DNA of 64,000 nt from Lama glama (GCA_028534125.1 CM052817.1:58158001-58222000), one strand, 5' to 3'. Positions 13,761-27,774 are shown, numbered from the stretch's first letter. Notes: generated by a model from the sequence alone, not told the origin. Numbers and translations are program-made.

Positions 13761-14224
13761 TAATGGTCAAAAAGTAAAAGTTGTAAAATTAGTGAAATTG
13801 TTTTTGTGGAGCTCAGGTGCCTACTATGAGTTAACATTTAGCAGAGAATTGGTATTCAGATCCCACTGACACCGTGAAAACAAACATTTGTTTTCATGTA
13901 AACATTATTTAATAAGCTTTCCAGAATCTTTCATGATTTTCTTAAATAATGAGAAACATATATGCATGTATTAACAATGCCATAGTTCTCTTTTCCAAAT
14001 TTTCTTTTTATAAATTCAGTGGCTAAAAAAATATAATTATTTAAAGAATATATTCTTGAACTGAAATATTTTACTTCAACTTTTAATTCTGTCGTTGATT
14101 ACTATCAAAATAATTCTGTTTTTCACAGTCATGCTTTTGTTATATGACTTAGCTTTATGGTAATCATATTCTCTTATGGGAAAGATATATTGTTTAATTT
14201 AAATTGTCATGTGTGTATTCTTAC

Positions 14225-14475
14225 AAATTCAACATTTTTCATTTCCATCAAATGTTCCACCAAATGTTAAAAAAAGTCCAGTTTCATAGACATTTTACTT
14301 TGCATAACAATGTAACAATGGCTAGGAATTTAGTAGCTTTTCTGTGCGTCACTGGAATACAAACAAACTTCTTGAAGAATTCTTTTAAGCTATTACTAGA
14401 AAGAATAAAAGCATTTGAAATCTCCATTTGCTATAAGATCAGCAGATCTTCAATTCTGCTTTCAGTCCAGTAAGC
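14225..14475 (-). pseudogene. Fossil exon, one complete repeat
   Basis: aaatttctag| ... gaattt|gtaaga. AYWTESRIEDLLIL*QMEISNAFILSSNSLKEFFKKF...KATKFLAIVTLLCKVKCL*NWTFF in one frame. Confidence 0.72.
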
Positions 14476-14689
14476 CTAGAAATTTGTGGGTTTCTCAAAT
14501 CCCTTCTGTGTTTTTAACCTTTTGTAAGTCGTATCTTTATTGTTGATGCCTCTTGGTTCATCCAAGCCATGGTTAGTCTTGTGCCATTCTTGCAATTCAA
14601 GGGAAGGAGAAGGATTACATAACTGGAACACTCACATTTGAAGTGAGTAAGAATAGAGATCTGGGGGTGTTGCTCAAAGAGCTCCTGGT

Positions 14690-14880
14690 TGACCTTGACA
14701 TCTCCATAAAATCCTTTGTATTTTATTGAATACAAGAAAGTCACTAAGTCCAGCCCCAATTCAGGAAGAGGGCAGGTTGACTCTGCTTCCAAAGGAAGTG
14801 AGTGACAGAATCACATTGATGAAGAGATGGTGGAATGAGAGTATTCTTGCAACTGTCTTTGGAAAGTATAATCTGCCATG
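14690..14880 (-). mobile_element. MLT1 (MaLR) LTR fragment
   Basis: aagtcactaagtccagccccaattcagga...ctttggaaagtataatctgcca resembles the antisense MLT1J/K 5' end. Confidence 0.7.
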
Positions 14881-15188
14881 AGAAACTTGAATTTCATTCT
14901 ATGGGTGATTTAGAGTTATTGAATAATATTAGATAAGGATGATAGTATTAGAAATATATTTTTATAAAGTTTATTGATAAGTTCTTGAGAGCAATAAGAT
15001 AATCAAAGAAATTCATTGTGTTTTGTTTTTATCTTTGCTTTTTCTTATCCTTAAAGAGTTCCAAAGTCTTTTGAGCATGTCTACAGACAGAATAGAAGGA
15101 GTAAAAAGAAAAAAAAAGTCAAATAATCTTAGAGGTGGGAGAAAACACAATACTTCTTTAATGAGACAGACTCCTTCCAGTAACTTAC

Positions 15189-15890
15189 CTAACTTATATT
15201 GGTGGAATGCCAAGTTTAAATGCAGACATCAACCAGATGTCAGCCCTTTGGCTATTTGAATACAGTTCTCATCAAATACTGCTTTCATTAAGTAAAAAAT
15301 TTTCAAGATGTATCATCACATTGGGCGCCTTCTTCTAGAGACTCTTTGATTTGTCTGTAAAGCTTTAATCAAAGCGTCTTATATATAGTCCAGAGAGTTT
15401 TAAATTACCGTAAGATATTGTCATTTTGAATTCCTAAATATTCACTGTAAAGAGCCCAAGTTTTGAAGGTTACTCAGAAAGCAGCTGTATGTGTTTGGGT
15501 TGTCAGATATGTCAGTATACAAATTAATTGTGTTTAATTAAATATGTGGTGCAACTGATCATTTGAGTGTATAATACAACACTTTTGATTGGAAATATTT
15601 TTATTACTACTGAATATTTAAAAGTTGATAATTCCATTTTAAGGCGCTTTAGAGTTTCTATTTTGTTTATATCACATTTACTTTCTTTATGCTAATTCAC
15701 TCAAAAGGGTAGAGACTTTCTCATATAGTTAAATGCACCTGAAGGATTGACTTTTTAAAGTTTTAGAAATAATTTCAACCTTGAATAAACTATATTAAAT
15801 ATTTAATCATATTAGAAAGTTGTTTACCAGCAATATATCATATCTGACTTAACTACAAATTGATGATATTGGGGAGCTCTGTATTCTTAA
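15189..15890 (-). pseudogene. Fossil exon with two Myb/SANT-like repeats
   Basis: ctcttttgaag|tt ... ttag|gtaagt. IKYLI*FIQ / VEIISKTLKSQSFRCI*LYEKVSTLLSEL...KWNYQLL; then N*TQLICILTYL...KTWALYSEYLGIQNDNILR*FKTLWTIYKTL*LKLYRQIKESLEEGAQCDDTS*KFF, and after a 1-T slip YLMKAVFDEN. Confidence 0.72.
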
Positions 15891-15904
15891 CTTCAAAAGA
15901 GAGT

Positions 15905-17600
15905 TAATATATAGTGTGTCTGACAGTGATACGTGCTGAGGAGAAAAGTAAAGCAGAATGAAGGTAAGTAGGAATGCAGTAATGGGTGCATTTTTATATC
16001 AGATGTTCAGGGATGGTCTTTCTGAAAAGGTAACATCTGAGCAGAGATCTTTGGATGGAAAATTTGTGGGAAGAGTGTTTCTGGCAGAGAACATCAAGTG
16101 CAGAATCCTCTGGTCAGGAGAGGACTTGGCCTGTCAACTGAAGAGGAGAGGCCAGAGCAGGGTGGTCTCTTGGGAGAGGAGGCCCAGTGTGTATATGGGG
16201 GAAATTAGGTTATGAAGGTCTTTGGCAGGACTTTGGCTTTTATTCTGTGTGATATAAGAAAAGTTATGGTGTTTTTAAAAAGAAGATCAACTTCATGTTT
16301 AACAGGTATACTCTGGCTTCAGCACTGAAAGTACCTTGGTGGCAGGGTAATCAGGAGAATGCAGATGGTAGCTTTGATGAGGGTGGCCGTGGTTGCTAGG
16401 GGATCATTGTGAGGTGTGAGAGAAAGGGACCTTGTGGATGACTGGTTTAGAGGCTGGACTGCATAGAGGGAATTGCTAGTTACTGAGATGGGGGTTTGTG
16501 AGATGAGCAGGTGTTTGGGGAAGATCAGGTGTTTCCTTTGGGACGTGCTAAGATTGAGATGTGTATTAGACATCCAAGTTGAAATATCGAGTAGGCTATA
16601 GAATACGTGAATCTGAATTTCAGAGGCTAGGTTCAGGTTAGAAATACACACTTGGGAGTACATAGTATAAAACTGGCATTTAAAGTGTGGATCTAGGTGA
16701 GATCACCTGGGGAAGAGATGTACCTAAGAAAGAGGAAAGATTCGAGAGCTGAATGCTGAAGAGCGTGTACACGTAGAGATTGTGGAAATGATGAGGAAGA
16801 ACTAGCAAGTACACGTGGAAGGAGAAGCCAAGGAGGGAGCAGGAGAACCAAGCATGTGTTGTATCAGAAGCCAATTAAAGAAAGGGATTAGTCAGGAAGG
16901 GATTAGTCTAGTCTGACAAATGCTTGCTGATAGGTCTTAAATAAGGTGAAAACTGAATTTAACAGAGGCCTTAGCAATACAGAGATTATTCATTACTTTG
17001 ACAAAAGCTGCTTACTTGAAATGGTGGTGATTAAAAAAACTGATTGGAGTACATTTAAAATGGAAGATGCGTAATTGGAGCCAGCAAGTATGTGCAACTC
17101 TTTTGCTATAAAAGAAGAGAAGAAAAATAGGATAGTAGCTACATGGAGGGAGGAATGAAAGGACTATGGTGTGTTTGTTTGTTTCTGTGACCAAATGCGT
17201 TATGCTTACAGGGAAGAATCTGATAGAATAATTCAGAAGAGAAGATAAAATTAACTGTAGGGTTAAGAAACAGCACAATTTTTTCTCTAGAGTGAGGCTG
17301 CTGAGTAGCTGAGAGGGGATGGAATGCTGTGCAAATGTGGAAACTTGTCTTGGATAAGCATGTGAAGTGTTTATCCTTATTAATGAAAAGGAAGGCAGAC
17401 CACATGGGCATAGGGCCAAGGGGGCTGGAGTTGTGGGACTGGGAATCTGGGGAAGTTCTTTCCAAATGCTTCTGTTTTCAGTGATAAGAACATCTGAGAG
17501 GATGTGGGGGAAATTACTGGAGATTTGAAAGGAGAGGAAAAGGTATGAATACATCATCGAGGTGAGTTGGAGTGGGATGGGCTAATAGGATTTCTGGAGA
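15905..17600 (-). mobile_element. L2 LINE, long fragment
   Basis: G-rich antisense L2 hallmarks, e.g. ttgagatgtgtattagacatccaagttgaaatatcgagtaggc and gatctaggtgagatcacctgggg. Confidence 0.88.
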
Positions 17601-19474
17601 GCACTCAGGGACGTATTGGAGGTTAAAGCCTATGAGTCTAAAATACAATCGATCGAATGGCATAGTGATCAGTGAATATTTGTTCACAAAAATAAATGAA
17701 TTGTGCATTTCTTATTTCTTCTAACAGAATCTAGCCTAGTACTTGCTAAGTCATTACAAGGCAGTGGATTTGGTAAGCAGCAAAGGCACCATCAGAGTTC
17801 TTACTGATTCAGTCTTGGGTGAAGTAGACTCTGGTATTTGAACTATCATATAGATTTTTGAGATAATGGAATTTAGAGATAATCTTTTAAACATTTCCCT
17901 TATTTTATACAAGAAGAAACTGAAGTTCAGAAAAATTAAAAAGAATTCCTATCTTCTGCTGAGACTCTTACATTACTTTTTAGAGAGCATTTTGAATATT
18001 GTAGTAAGTATATTCTACTAAGAATGTTACATTTTATTCTGATTTTATTCCTTCTAATAGAGCATTCCTGTTTGGTTTTTCAATTTATGTTTGATTGCAC
18101 AGTTATGTAAATTCTTTTTGACAGATTTGTTATTAAGGGGAGAAAGATGAGTAAGAACTCTAACTTTAAAAGCTCATTAATTTTAAAGAAATGTGTCATG
18201 AATTAATGTTCTGAGTGCTATATTTTTCTTTTTACATGATTTCCTCTGGATGAGTAGAATTTTATCAAAAGAAATAGGTTATTTAAAAATGATTAGATAG
18301 GAGTTATACAAAAATTCTTCGAAGCATGTGCACTGTTCCTGAGAAGTGGGTTAAGTGTAATACTCAGCCAGTGAAGCATTATTATTAACAATACAAGATT
18401 ACATTGCAGCCCTTTTTATGAAGCTCTCTATAAAAATGTTTTCTTTTAAAAGCATTTTCGAAGTGTCTTTCACTTGGGTGAGCGTTTAGTAAATGAAAGT
18501 CCTCTCACTAATGTGTATATTTCTTAGGCTACTTACTGGGAAAAGGACGTTCTTGACCTACTTGTTTACAGGAAATATAACCAGTTTACATCCTATCTTT
18601 GGCATATTAGCAAGCTTAATGATGGGTGAGTCAGCTATCATGTACACACTTCAAAATAAGCTGACTTTCCTGAAGTTCAAAAAAAAAAAACAAAAAACAA
18701 AAACCACTGTTGATCTCAGTTTTAAAATATTCAGCAATACTTTTGCATGCTCACTTTAAAAATCAGTATTCTGTCTACTGGATAACAAAAACACCTTTTG
18801 CAAGTATATTTATATAGTAAAATACATCAGATTTTCCTAGCTACTAAATTTAAAGATAAGATCTAGGTTAAGGTAGGTGGTTAGGTAGGAAACCTGAAAC
18901 TCTTTACCCAGCCTGTGCTCTATTTGATAGAAAATAGGAACAGGACACTCTTGGTCATGTGGGGATCAAAGTATCTCTTTACTAATGGGCCAGGCATTTT
19001 CCAGTGATGTCTCAAATATGGAACTTTTTGGCAAAGTTACAATGGAAACATGGCTTCTTCAAAAATGTGCTTCTTTTTTGATGAAACAGATCCAAAAAGA
19101 TACCCTGTCAGGCTCAAGTTGTGCAATTCACAAGCATGGAAGGTAAGGTGACAGTCTGTAACTCCTGTCCCAGATTTAATTTTTGAGACTTTCCCTTCAC
19201 TCCCACCCCATGGGAGCATTGTCCCAGGGAAACATGAAGCAGGCAAGAGGTCAGGGGCAGAGATGGAAGCCTGCCAGGATTAGGGTGCTGCAGGTTCAGA
19301 AGACAGGCTATGCTATGAGAGTGGATGTGTGTGTGTGTGTTCTGTATGCATATGGAGAATACTTAATGAATTACGCTCACTCGTGAAAAATTCTGATGGA
19401 TAAAATTTGTATCCTTTATCCCTGAGGAGATGTGAATAAGTTGGTAGAAAAGAACTGAACTTTTTCTATAGCAC

Positions 19475-19663
19475 AGACCTTTGCTTCTCAAATGTGAGGT
19501 GTCCCTAGATCAAGTAGCAGGTGTATCACCTGGAAGCTTGTTGGATATACAGAATCTCAGGCTCCATCCCTAACCTACTGAATCAGAATATGCTTTTTAA
19601 AAATATCCCTCTCCACTGTTGGGTGACTTGTTTGAGCATTACATTTCAGAGGCAGTTCTCTAG
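19475..19663. mobile_element. MER5A/B hAT-Charlie element
   Basis: gcttctcaaatgtg...atcacctggaagcttgtt...cagaatctcaggctccatccctaacctactgaatcagaat. Confidence 0.85.
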
Positions 19664-21778
19664 ATGCCAAATGTGTTACACATTTGTTTTTCAATGAACT
19701 AGGGCGTAATATAGGGAAAGAGTAGAAGGATTTCTAATTACAGCTGGAGTTTGTACTCTTCTGTTATCAAGGGTCTAGTGCCCAAGTGATTTCAGGGAAA
19801 GGAAGTGTTTTGAGATCATTCAACCAGAAAATTGCAAGAGTAAAGGAACATCCTGTTTTTAAGGGTTTTATTGATGAAATATGAGTTTGATAATCAGTGC
19901 ATTTTTATGCCCTCTGAAAAGGTTTAAAATTCAGCCGAAGACAAAAGAAATTTTGAAGGGTTTAGGAAAAGGAGTGAAGTTGGCATTTTAGACGACAATA
20001 TTGTCTTTAATCAAAAAAAAAAAAGAGTCAACAAGACTGCAGAGAGAGAAGAAAGCTAAAACCTATTTGAATAATGTAGGCTAGAATGATGGTAACATGA
20101 ATTAGAGGTATAGAACTAGGGATGAACTGTTTAGGAGGAAAAATCTGTAAGATGCATTGACTGTTGAGAGTTGGTGAGAAGGAGGAAAATGTCATGGCTA
20201 ATTCCTGTATTTTGGGCCTTAAAAGCCTGATGTTTGGACATTTCGAAGAAGGAGTAAGTTTGGAAGGAATTGATTAATTCTTTATTAAGTTATTTTTTTA
20301 GAGTGAACATCCAGTTGTAGATTATCTTGAGACAATCATACTTTATATACAATTTATTCTTATCATTCCTATTATTATATGTATGTACATGCCTTCAAAC
20401 TTACATCCTCAGTCTAGATCATTTATCTGAACTACAGTCCCAAATATATTTGTGAATTTAAATTCATTTTGATTAAAAATCATGCCTTACTATTATTCAC
20501 TGGAAATAAAAGATTTTTCAGATTCTAATACTTATATATGGCATATGGAATGTTCTTCAGTTTTAGTTATTGAGAAACATAATTATTTGTGGGCAAGGAT
20601 TGTTATGGGACTTGTTTTAGTGCCACTTTCGTGTCTAAAACAACACTTTAGAAATACCCCATGCTCAAATAAATAGTTATTGAATAAAGCACTGGACATC
20701 TGGGTCTTCAAATTGCTTCTATAAATTAGGAATGAAGGAATGGATCTCTGGGAAATCAGTGTAATAATGATGAATAAATAAGGAAAATGTTATTAAATAT
20801 TTCTATGATACCATTATTTCTTTGGAGATTTCTAAAACCGGGTAATTCAAAATATTTGATTTTATCACTTTAGCTCTTACATTAAAAAAAAAATTATAAT
20901 AATGAAAGCCTGACCTTCTCTGATGCTTATTTTTCCACGATCTCCCCTTCCTTTTTTGACTTTGTCAGCTTTGTCATTTTTCCCCTGCATGTGAATATCT
21001 GTTTACATTTTTTAATTTGCTCTTGATTTAGGAAGAAAATGTAGATAGCTGTTAAGGATATTTAATGTGCTATGTGTTTTTTTTTTCAGTGACTTTAGCT
21101 ATTGTTCTTTGAAAGATTTTAATAAAAAGGATTTCTGACAACATAACAAAACAAATCAGGTTTGATAGGCTTCAACATATATGTAGTGTATATCCTGTCT
21201 AAAAAAAAATTCAAGCATCTGACACAGCTGGTACCTTTTCTGTACTTTGTATCCATCTTAGCTAGCCAATCTTGTGTATTTACAACAGCAATGACATTGA
21301 TGAATCACTTTAATTTACCAGGCGACCGACAGTTTGCCAAGACTATCTGTAAGAACCAGCTAGAGCTGGTCCTGATCATTACAGATATGTGTATTGTTTC
21401 AAAAAAGTGTAACTGATCAGAAGCAATTTAGAGGTACCCTCCTACCACAGATACAGAAATACATATTTTAGTATCATCTTGATTTTTATTTTTCTCTCAT
21501 TCCTTTCTCTTTTTTATGGAGAAATCAATAGCTGTGTAAATAATGCTAATTTAGTTATTTGGTAATGTTAATTGTGATACAATTTGGCTTTTTAAAGTAT
21601 TGAGGATACTTTTTAAATTAAATTTATATAGTTGGGAATTGATTTTTAGAAAACAGTATTATCTTTGTGCCATTTTATGTACTTTAAAGAAAGAAATCAT
21701 TATCTTGAAAATAGCAAGTTGTGGTATCAATTTTTCACTTAAGTAGTTTAGACCTTAGGTCTAAAACTTAAACCCCTA

Positions 21779-21801
21779 TCTCTCTCTCTCACACACACAC
21801 A

Positions 21802-21833
<32 letters not shown>
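21779..21833. repeat. Compound (TC)n(AC)n microsatellite
   Basis: Directly visible. Confidence 0.98.
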
Positions 21834-21834
<1 letters not shown>

Positions 21835-21887
21835 TTTAAATTGAATTCCTGGGAGGAGTTATTCCTTAAGTCTTCATAAATTCTTAC

Positions 21888-22034
21888 CTTGTGGTATGAA
21901 TAGTTATAGCCTCTTCTGCAAATAAGCTTTGACAAAGGAAGTAGAAATAATTTTAGAGGCCTTGACTATTTGAACTAAGCTGGTAGAGGACCAGAAATGA
22001 GAGCCAAATGATAAGAGTTCTTTCTTTGTTTTGC
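21888..22034 (-). pseudogene. Candidate fossil exon, 147 nt, phase 1-1
   Basis: gtaatgtag|gc ... caag|gtaaga. GKTKKELLSFGSHFWSSTSLVQIVKASKIISTSFVKAYLQKRL*LFIPQ; one stop; FWS helix-1 start. Confidence 0.4.
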
Positions 22035-22919
22035 CTACATTACACATCAAGTATGACCGGTTCTGGTTGATTTTTATTATGGTTAATTGAATAAAACATA
22101 GCTTATGTATGAGAAAAATCAAATCCGTACTAAAAACCCTGTTATTTTTTGTTTTCTATGTAGTAGCCTAAGGATGACTCCTTTGTTTTCACTTTATAAC
22201 AGTAATACAAGCACACCAAAAATCAAGGAGTGAATTTCTCAGGCTGATGTAGCAAATAATTGGATGCCTGGGAATGATTTCTGGGGTGGGGATCCATGAG
22301 GATCCTGAATTAGTAGAGAGAGTTGTGAATGGCTTTATGAAACCCCTCCATTAGAGAAGTCCAATTCTTGCCAGTATTTTTGTGTGCTTTCCCATTTTCT
22401 GCATAGCTCTCTGTGCCAAGTGGGGAAGTGGTTATATCTTTGTGGAAAGAAAGGTAACACACCTAATTTACCTACTTAGGAAATGTGTCTGTTCACTGTG
22501 TTTTTAGATGCTTCTTGAATATTTACAAAGCACATTCTAAGCATTGGCTGTGAAATCTCAATCACTACTTTTTCTGTCAAGTTAAGGAAACCTTCCTCCC
22601 TTGTTGTGTGAACAGTGTCTCCAAAATTCTCTTTTAGTCCAAGAAAACTTGAACATTTATCATCTTTTTTTTACTTAATAAAAGTCTGTGGGCTTGGGAC
22701 TGGGGTAGGTGCTGGTGTTAAGTAGAATATACAATTTTATTTAAAATAATTGTAGTTTATTTTAGTAAATGAATTGGTGTGTCATGTTGCCGCTCTAGTC
22801 TGACTTCTGTTTATTGGAGACTTTCCCACCAAATGGGTCAATGCAAAACTTGGGTAATAGGGGTCAAGCTAAAAAATCAGGGCCACAGGCAGGATATAAA
22901 CCTTATTCATAATAGATAA

Positions 22920-23051
22920 GGTGCCTGTAAAAAAAATACTGTCCAAACAGGAACACTTTGAGAGTGAAAGGAGACATTATTAATAATAGTGCTAGGACAA
23001 CATCTATAAACTAGAGGTGTCTCATGGGAACTGGGACATATGGTTACCCCA
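22920..23051. mobile_element. MER94-like hAT-Blackjack element
   Basis: gtccaaacaggaacactttgagagtgaaagg...ctgggacatatggttacccc. Confidence 0.75.
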
Positions 23052-23784
23052 ATGGTAGAATTAATATAATTATTCAGACTAATGCTATATGAGTAAGGCT
23101 TCATATTATGAAGAGTTGGTGGTCAGGTGAATGAATAGGCAACCCTGGTTTAGAGGCACAGGGTTAGACAGACATGTCCCATGTTTGGAGAGGGACATAT
23201 TTAAGTGGAATCTTCCTGGGACCTACTGTCACTAAGAGGGTGTCTTGGTTCTGATTAGCATAGTAAAAGAGAGACATGTATGAAATATTTGGGATTTAAA
23301 ATATACTTTGATCCACTCCAGTCTTTTGTGCTCCTGTAATTAATTTTCCTTACTTCTCTCTCGCGTCGTAATTCATGCCACCACATTGAAATGTTCCTCA
23401 CTGTTGGTGGTAGAAATTATGTGCATAGTTGAGAGGATGAATCTTTTTAATAGCATTGCTTCTGTTCTTAAAGGCAGGTTTGAGCTTGGCTGGATTTAGG
23501 AGTTGCTTTTAAAATTTGGCTTAGCATATTGTTTCCAAATGAAAATATGAGAATTAGAACAAGAGAACAGATCATACAACTTGAACATACTGTTTTACAT
23601 TGGTATTTAAATTTCAAAGTGTTTTCATGTCCCTTGTCACTACAGCATTTTCAAAAATTTTAATTTGATTTTCCTTATATCTTTTTATCTTTTACATTTA
23701 TAGCTTTCATATGTATATGAATATATTTCATACTTAGTTCATATTGGGATTCTTATGAAAGCATTGCTTTCTGTAGGTTTCTTT

Positions 23785-24240
23785 TTTAAATGTTTATTGA
23801 GCTAATTGGAGATTCATATGCAGTTGGTCACATAGCAGAGATTATGTGAGCCCTTTGCTCAGTGTCCCCCAGTGCAAAAAATTACAATACAGTACTACAT
23901 CTAAAATATTTTTATTGATACACTGCACTGATCTTATTCAGATTTCACCAGTTTTGCATGTACTTACTTGTGTGTATGTGTGTGTGTGTGTGTATGTGTG
24001 TGGTCCTACACAATTTTCTCACATATGTAGATCAGTTAAGATACTGAACAGTTCCATCGCTACAAAGGTTCTTCCCTTTGCTCTTATATAACTATCCCTA
24101 CCTCCCTCTGCCCCACCCACCCTATCCCTAACCCCAGGTAACCACTAATATGTTCTCCATTCCTAAAATTTTATCATTTCAAAACTGTTACATTCATGGA
24201 ATAACATAGTTTATAGCCTTTTTTGGATTGACTTTCTCTA
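23785..24240 (-). mobile_element. L1MC-type 3' UTR with internal (TG)n
   Basis: ttattcagatttcaccagttt...ccctaaccccaggtaaccactaat...catggaataacatag. Confidence 0.85.
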
Positions 24241-24882
24241 TGTGTTTAAAACAATTAATATGTATTTTTTCACTATATACTTTTGGTCATAAGGCTGTAA
24301 GAATGTGATAAAAGACAATGTTCATTTAATAATGTTTATTAGAGATTCAGGATAAAGTAATATTTCTCTTTATTTTAGCATACATGGAAATAACTAACTC
24401 TTCATTATTGTATCATGGAGGGAACTGAGAGCCCAGTAAGTGGTTACGAATACTACAGACTGCAAACAAGTATGTGTCTTTGGGTCACAGAAATGCAGAT
24501 TGCATTGGTTTTTTTAACATGGGAGATTCATGTGAACATTGATCTCTGGAGTGTAATATGGCCAAGGTATTCTCAGAGTTGTCACAGTGGAGAGAGAAAG
24601 GTGGACTTAGGGTCAGAACACATAGTAATTTACAATATGTTGAGTATGTTTTATGACATTGAGGAACTCATACTGGAGGCAGTATCTTAAATATGAACAC
24701 TGTTAATCCAGTGTTTATACATAACATGATTTTGGATCTAGAAGAAAGCATGTAACTAAAAAAATTCTGTATTGCATTGAATATGAGATAGGTAGAAGAA
24801 TCTTACTCAATTATAGAATGTCTTTTGTGTGTTCTCTCAGCTTATTTTTCTTATGAAAAGGAAATAAACAAAATTAATATTC

Positions 24883-25567
24883 CTTGGCTGTTACCAAAAA
24901 TGTGAGATAACAAGTCCTGGCAAGGATGTGGAGAAAAGGGAAGTCTTTTGCACTGTTGGAGGGAATATAAATTGGTGCAGCCAATGGATGGATAAAGAAG
25001 ATGTGGTACACACACACAAATACACATGATGGAATATTATTCAAATGGAATATATTTCATAAAAAATAAGGAAATCCTGCCATTTGTGATTAACATGGAT
25101 GGAACTTGAGGGCATTATTCTAAGTGAAATAAGTCAGGCAGGATATATACTGTATGATCTCACTTATATGTGAAATCTAAAAAAGCCAAAGTCATAAAAA
25201 CAGAGTAGGATGGTGGTTGCCAGGGCCCTAGGGGTGGGGAACATGTGGAGATGTTGCTCAAAGGGGCAAGCTTCCAATTATAAGATGAGTAAGTTCTGGG
25301 GATCTAATGTACCACGTGGTGATTTTAGTTAAAAATACTGTGTTATATACTTGAAAATTACTAAGAGAGTAAATCTTAAATGTTTCATCAAAAAATGTTA
25401 ATTATGTGAGATGATGGAGGTGTTAACTAGCCTTACTATGGCAATCATTTCACAATATATTTATGTATCAAATTACCTCATTATACATTTTAAACTTACA
25501 TGATTATATATGTCAATTTTATCTTAATAAACCTGGGGAAAAATAGCAAAAGAATCCCATCAAAACC
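24883..25567 (+). mobile_element. L1MA9-like 3' end with internal deletion
   Basis: ORF2 end plus 3'UTR; 14-bp TSD caaaattaatattc (24869-24882, 25568-25581); ORF2 segment missing after ggtgcagcca (~24983). Confidence 0.9.
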
Positions 25568-26866
25568 CAAAATTAATATTCTTGACAATAAGATCTTGAT
25601 GACTTCATGAAGTTAATGTCTTATTTGTCTTAAAATTCTCAGTACTTAGGTAAAAACATGTTCAGTAAATGTGTATTGGATAACTGCAGTTTATTAGATT
25701 GGAAAATTGCTCTATGTAAATGCGTATTATCTTGGTACCTTTAAAAATCAATATTTGTTTGTTTAATTTGTTAGTAAGAGATGGGTTGGAATTTCTGGGC
25801 AGCAACATAGGTCAAATCTAAGTGATCAGGGATTTTATATTTGGTCATGTAGCTAACCCAGCTAATCAATTTGAGTTCCTAGTTAGAGCTCCAGCATTCA
25901 TCGGAAGACAGAGGAAAGGCAGAATCTTGATGTTGATATATTACAAGAAGGCCTTCAGGGTTTGCATTTTTGTTCGCTTTTTTTTTCACTGTTCCATTTC
26001 TTTTGTGTTGCTTTGTGGGATGTCAGTATCACCTAACAAATATTTGAAGTGATTTTACAGGTAATTGTGATAAAACGGTGGTTGTAACGGATTGCTCAGG
26101 GTCCTGCACTGTTAAGTGAAAGTAGGCGTAAGTTGAAAATTCCTGACACCAGTGAAAGTGGTCTTTGTGGCAGGAAGTGTTTTATATAGTTCCATCATCA
26201 TTATCTGTGTTTTACCATTTGCTGTTTTAGTCTCTGACTTGTATACCCAAGAAGCCCTCTGTGATTTAATGTGCAAGCTCTCCAAACTCCCACATATGTA
26301 ACTTTCCAATAATAAGACGAACCCATGATACTCTGCCAAATTTGGTTCAGCTCTGCTTCTGCCTTGCTATTAACTCACCTTTCCTGATTCCAGAGTTACC
26401 TTCTGGTACCTCTCTTGAAGTTAAGAAGAAAAACTAACCGGAGGAAAAAATAGAACACCCAAACTATAATCTCCCAGTCTTGAGTAGGACAAATTTCTCA
26501 AATCCTCATTTGAGTCTCCTCTATCAACCCAAAAAGATTGATACCATATTCTCTGTTTGACAGTTGATATGATGAGGTTTATAAAGGCAATGGAAAAGGC
26601 CAGAGTCATACAGCTAGTAACACTGGAACTAGACTTTGCTCTTACTTCGGTAAAACTCTAACGTTACAGTGTTAGATTATTACTGGATCAGATTGCCACA
26701 GGAAAGTAATTGTTTTTTCCTTCACTCTTATCTTTGGTACAGAACCTGTGTGCTCTGTTTGGGCCCCTCCCTCTCTTTACTCTGTCTTTTCCCCTAATTT
26801 GTGTCTCTTCTCATTCCCTGAAGATTGATGCTTCTTTTGTACTGGCTTTACAACAGCTTTGTCTCA

Positions 26867-27331
26867 GTGGTGGATAAAGTTGGCCATAAACACTTTCTTG
26901 CTCCTCGCATTGAGAGGTGGTATCTGTTTCTCCTTGTCTTTAGTCCAGGAGATAGCTATGTGACCTGCTTTGACCAATATAGGGTGCTTTAAGTAATGCT
27001 ATGCCAATTTTGGGCTTAGCATTTTACTCTCTTGGACCCCTGAGCCACCAATGAAATGTGTTTGACTACCCTAACCAGAGAGTTTGTCAGGAGAGAGACG
27101 CATGGTTAGCCATCAGCTGTTCCAGCCATCCTAGCTGAAGCACCAGGCATGTCACTGGGGTCATCTTGGATTTCAGCCCCAAATGAGCCTCCAGAAGATT
27201 GTTTCTTCCAACAGCGACCAAAGTGAGACTAGTCAAAAAACCCAGCCATCAGAACCTAAGTCAGATTGTAGAATCATAAGCAAATAAATGTTTTGGAGTG
27301 TTTTGTTAAATAGAAGTAGGTATCTGAAATA
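26867..27331 (+). mobile_element. MLT1H-like MaLR solo LTR
   Basis: cattgagaggtgg...tgctttgaccaata...ccagccatcctagctgaagcaccaggcatgt...ttttggagtgttttgttaa. Confidence 0.85.
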
Positions 27332-27597
27332 CTCACTGATTTCCAAATTTACTTTGTCTTTATTTTCTGTTATCTTTATGCTCATACCGATATACTGAGA
27401 CCTCAGCCAAAAGAGATTCTAGTTCCTCTAGAAAAGGGATTTCCAAGATATTTAAGGGATTTGGATTGTTAAAACTGGACAAATGAAAATTCAAGTAGGA
27501 TAAAAAAATTATTTTCAACTATCTGAAGGCTGCTTTGGTAAGAGGAATATAATTGGTTTTGAGAATGTAAGAAATGGAAAGTTAAAATGATCAGAAG

Positions 27598-27679
27598 CCA
27601 CATATGAATAATTATATTTAACTTCAGTGTGATGAAATTTTCCTCACACTGAAATTAAATATAGAATTGTCCTATGTGG
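27598..27679. repeat. 82-bp fold-back inverted repeat
   Basis: ccacatatgaataattatatttaacttcagtgtgatgaaa vs reverse complement of right arm ccacataggacaattctatatttaatttcagtgtgaggaaa. Confidence 0.92.
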
Positions 27680-27774
27680 TGGGCTATCAAAATGGTGTGG
27701 GCACTTGATGAAGGCAGTATATTGCCCATTGCTGGCGAGCCGAGGCGCTTTGGCTTAGCACCTTGCTAAGATGT

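Noticed and set aside
17012..17557. Longest ORF (181 aa)
   Set aside because: Lies inside a degenerate L2; not a host gene.
21747..21765. Short palindromes (also ~2164-2185, ~7107-7129)
   Set aside because: Arms of 9-11 bp are expected by chance in 64 kb of AT-rich DNA.
26112..26339. Minus ORF as another fossil exon
   Set aside because: No motif match and no convincing splice sites.
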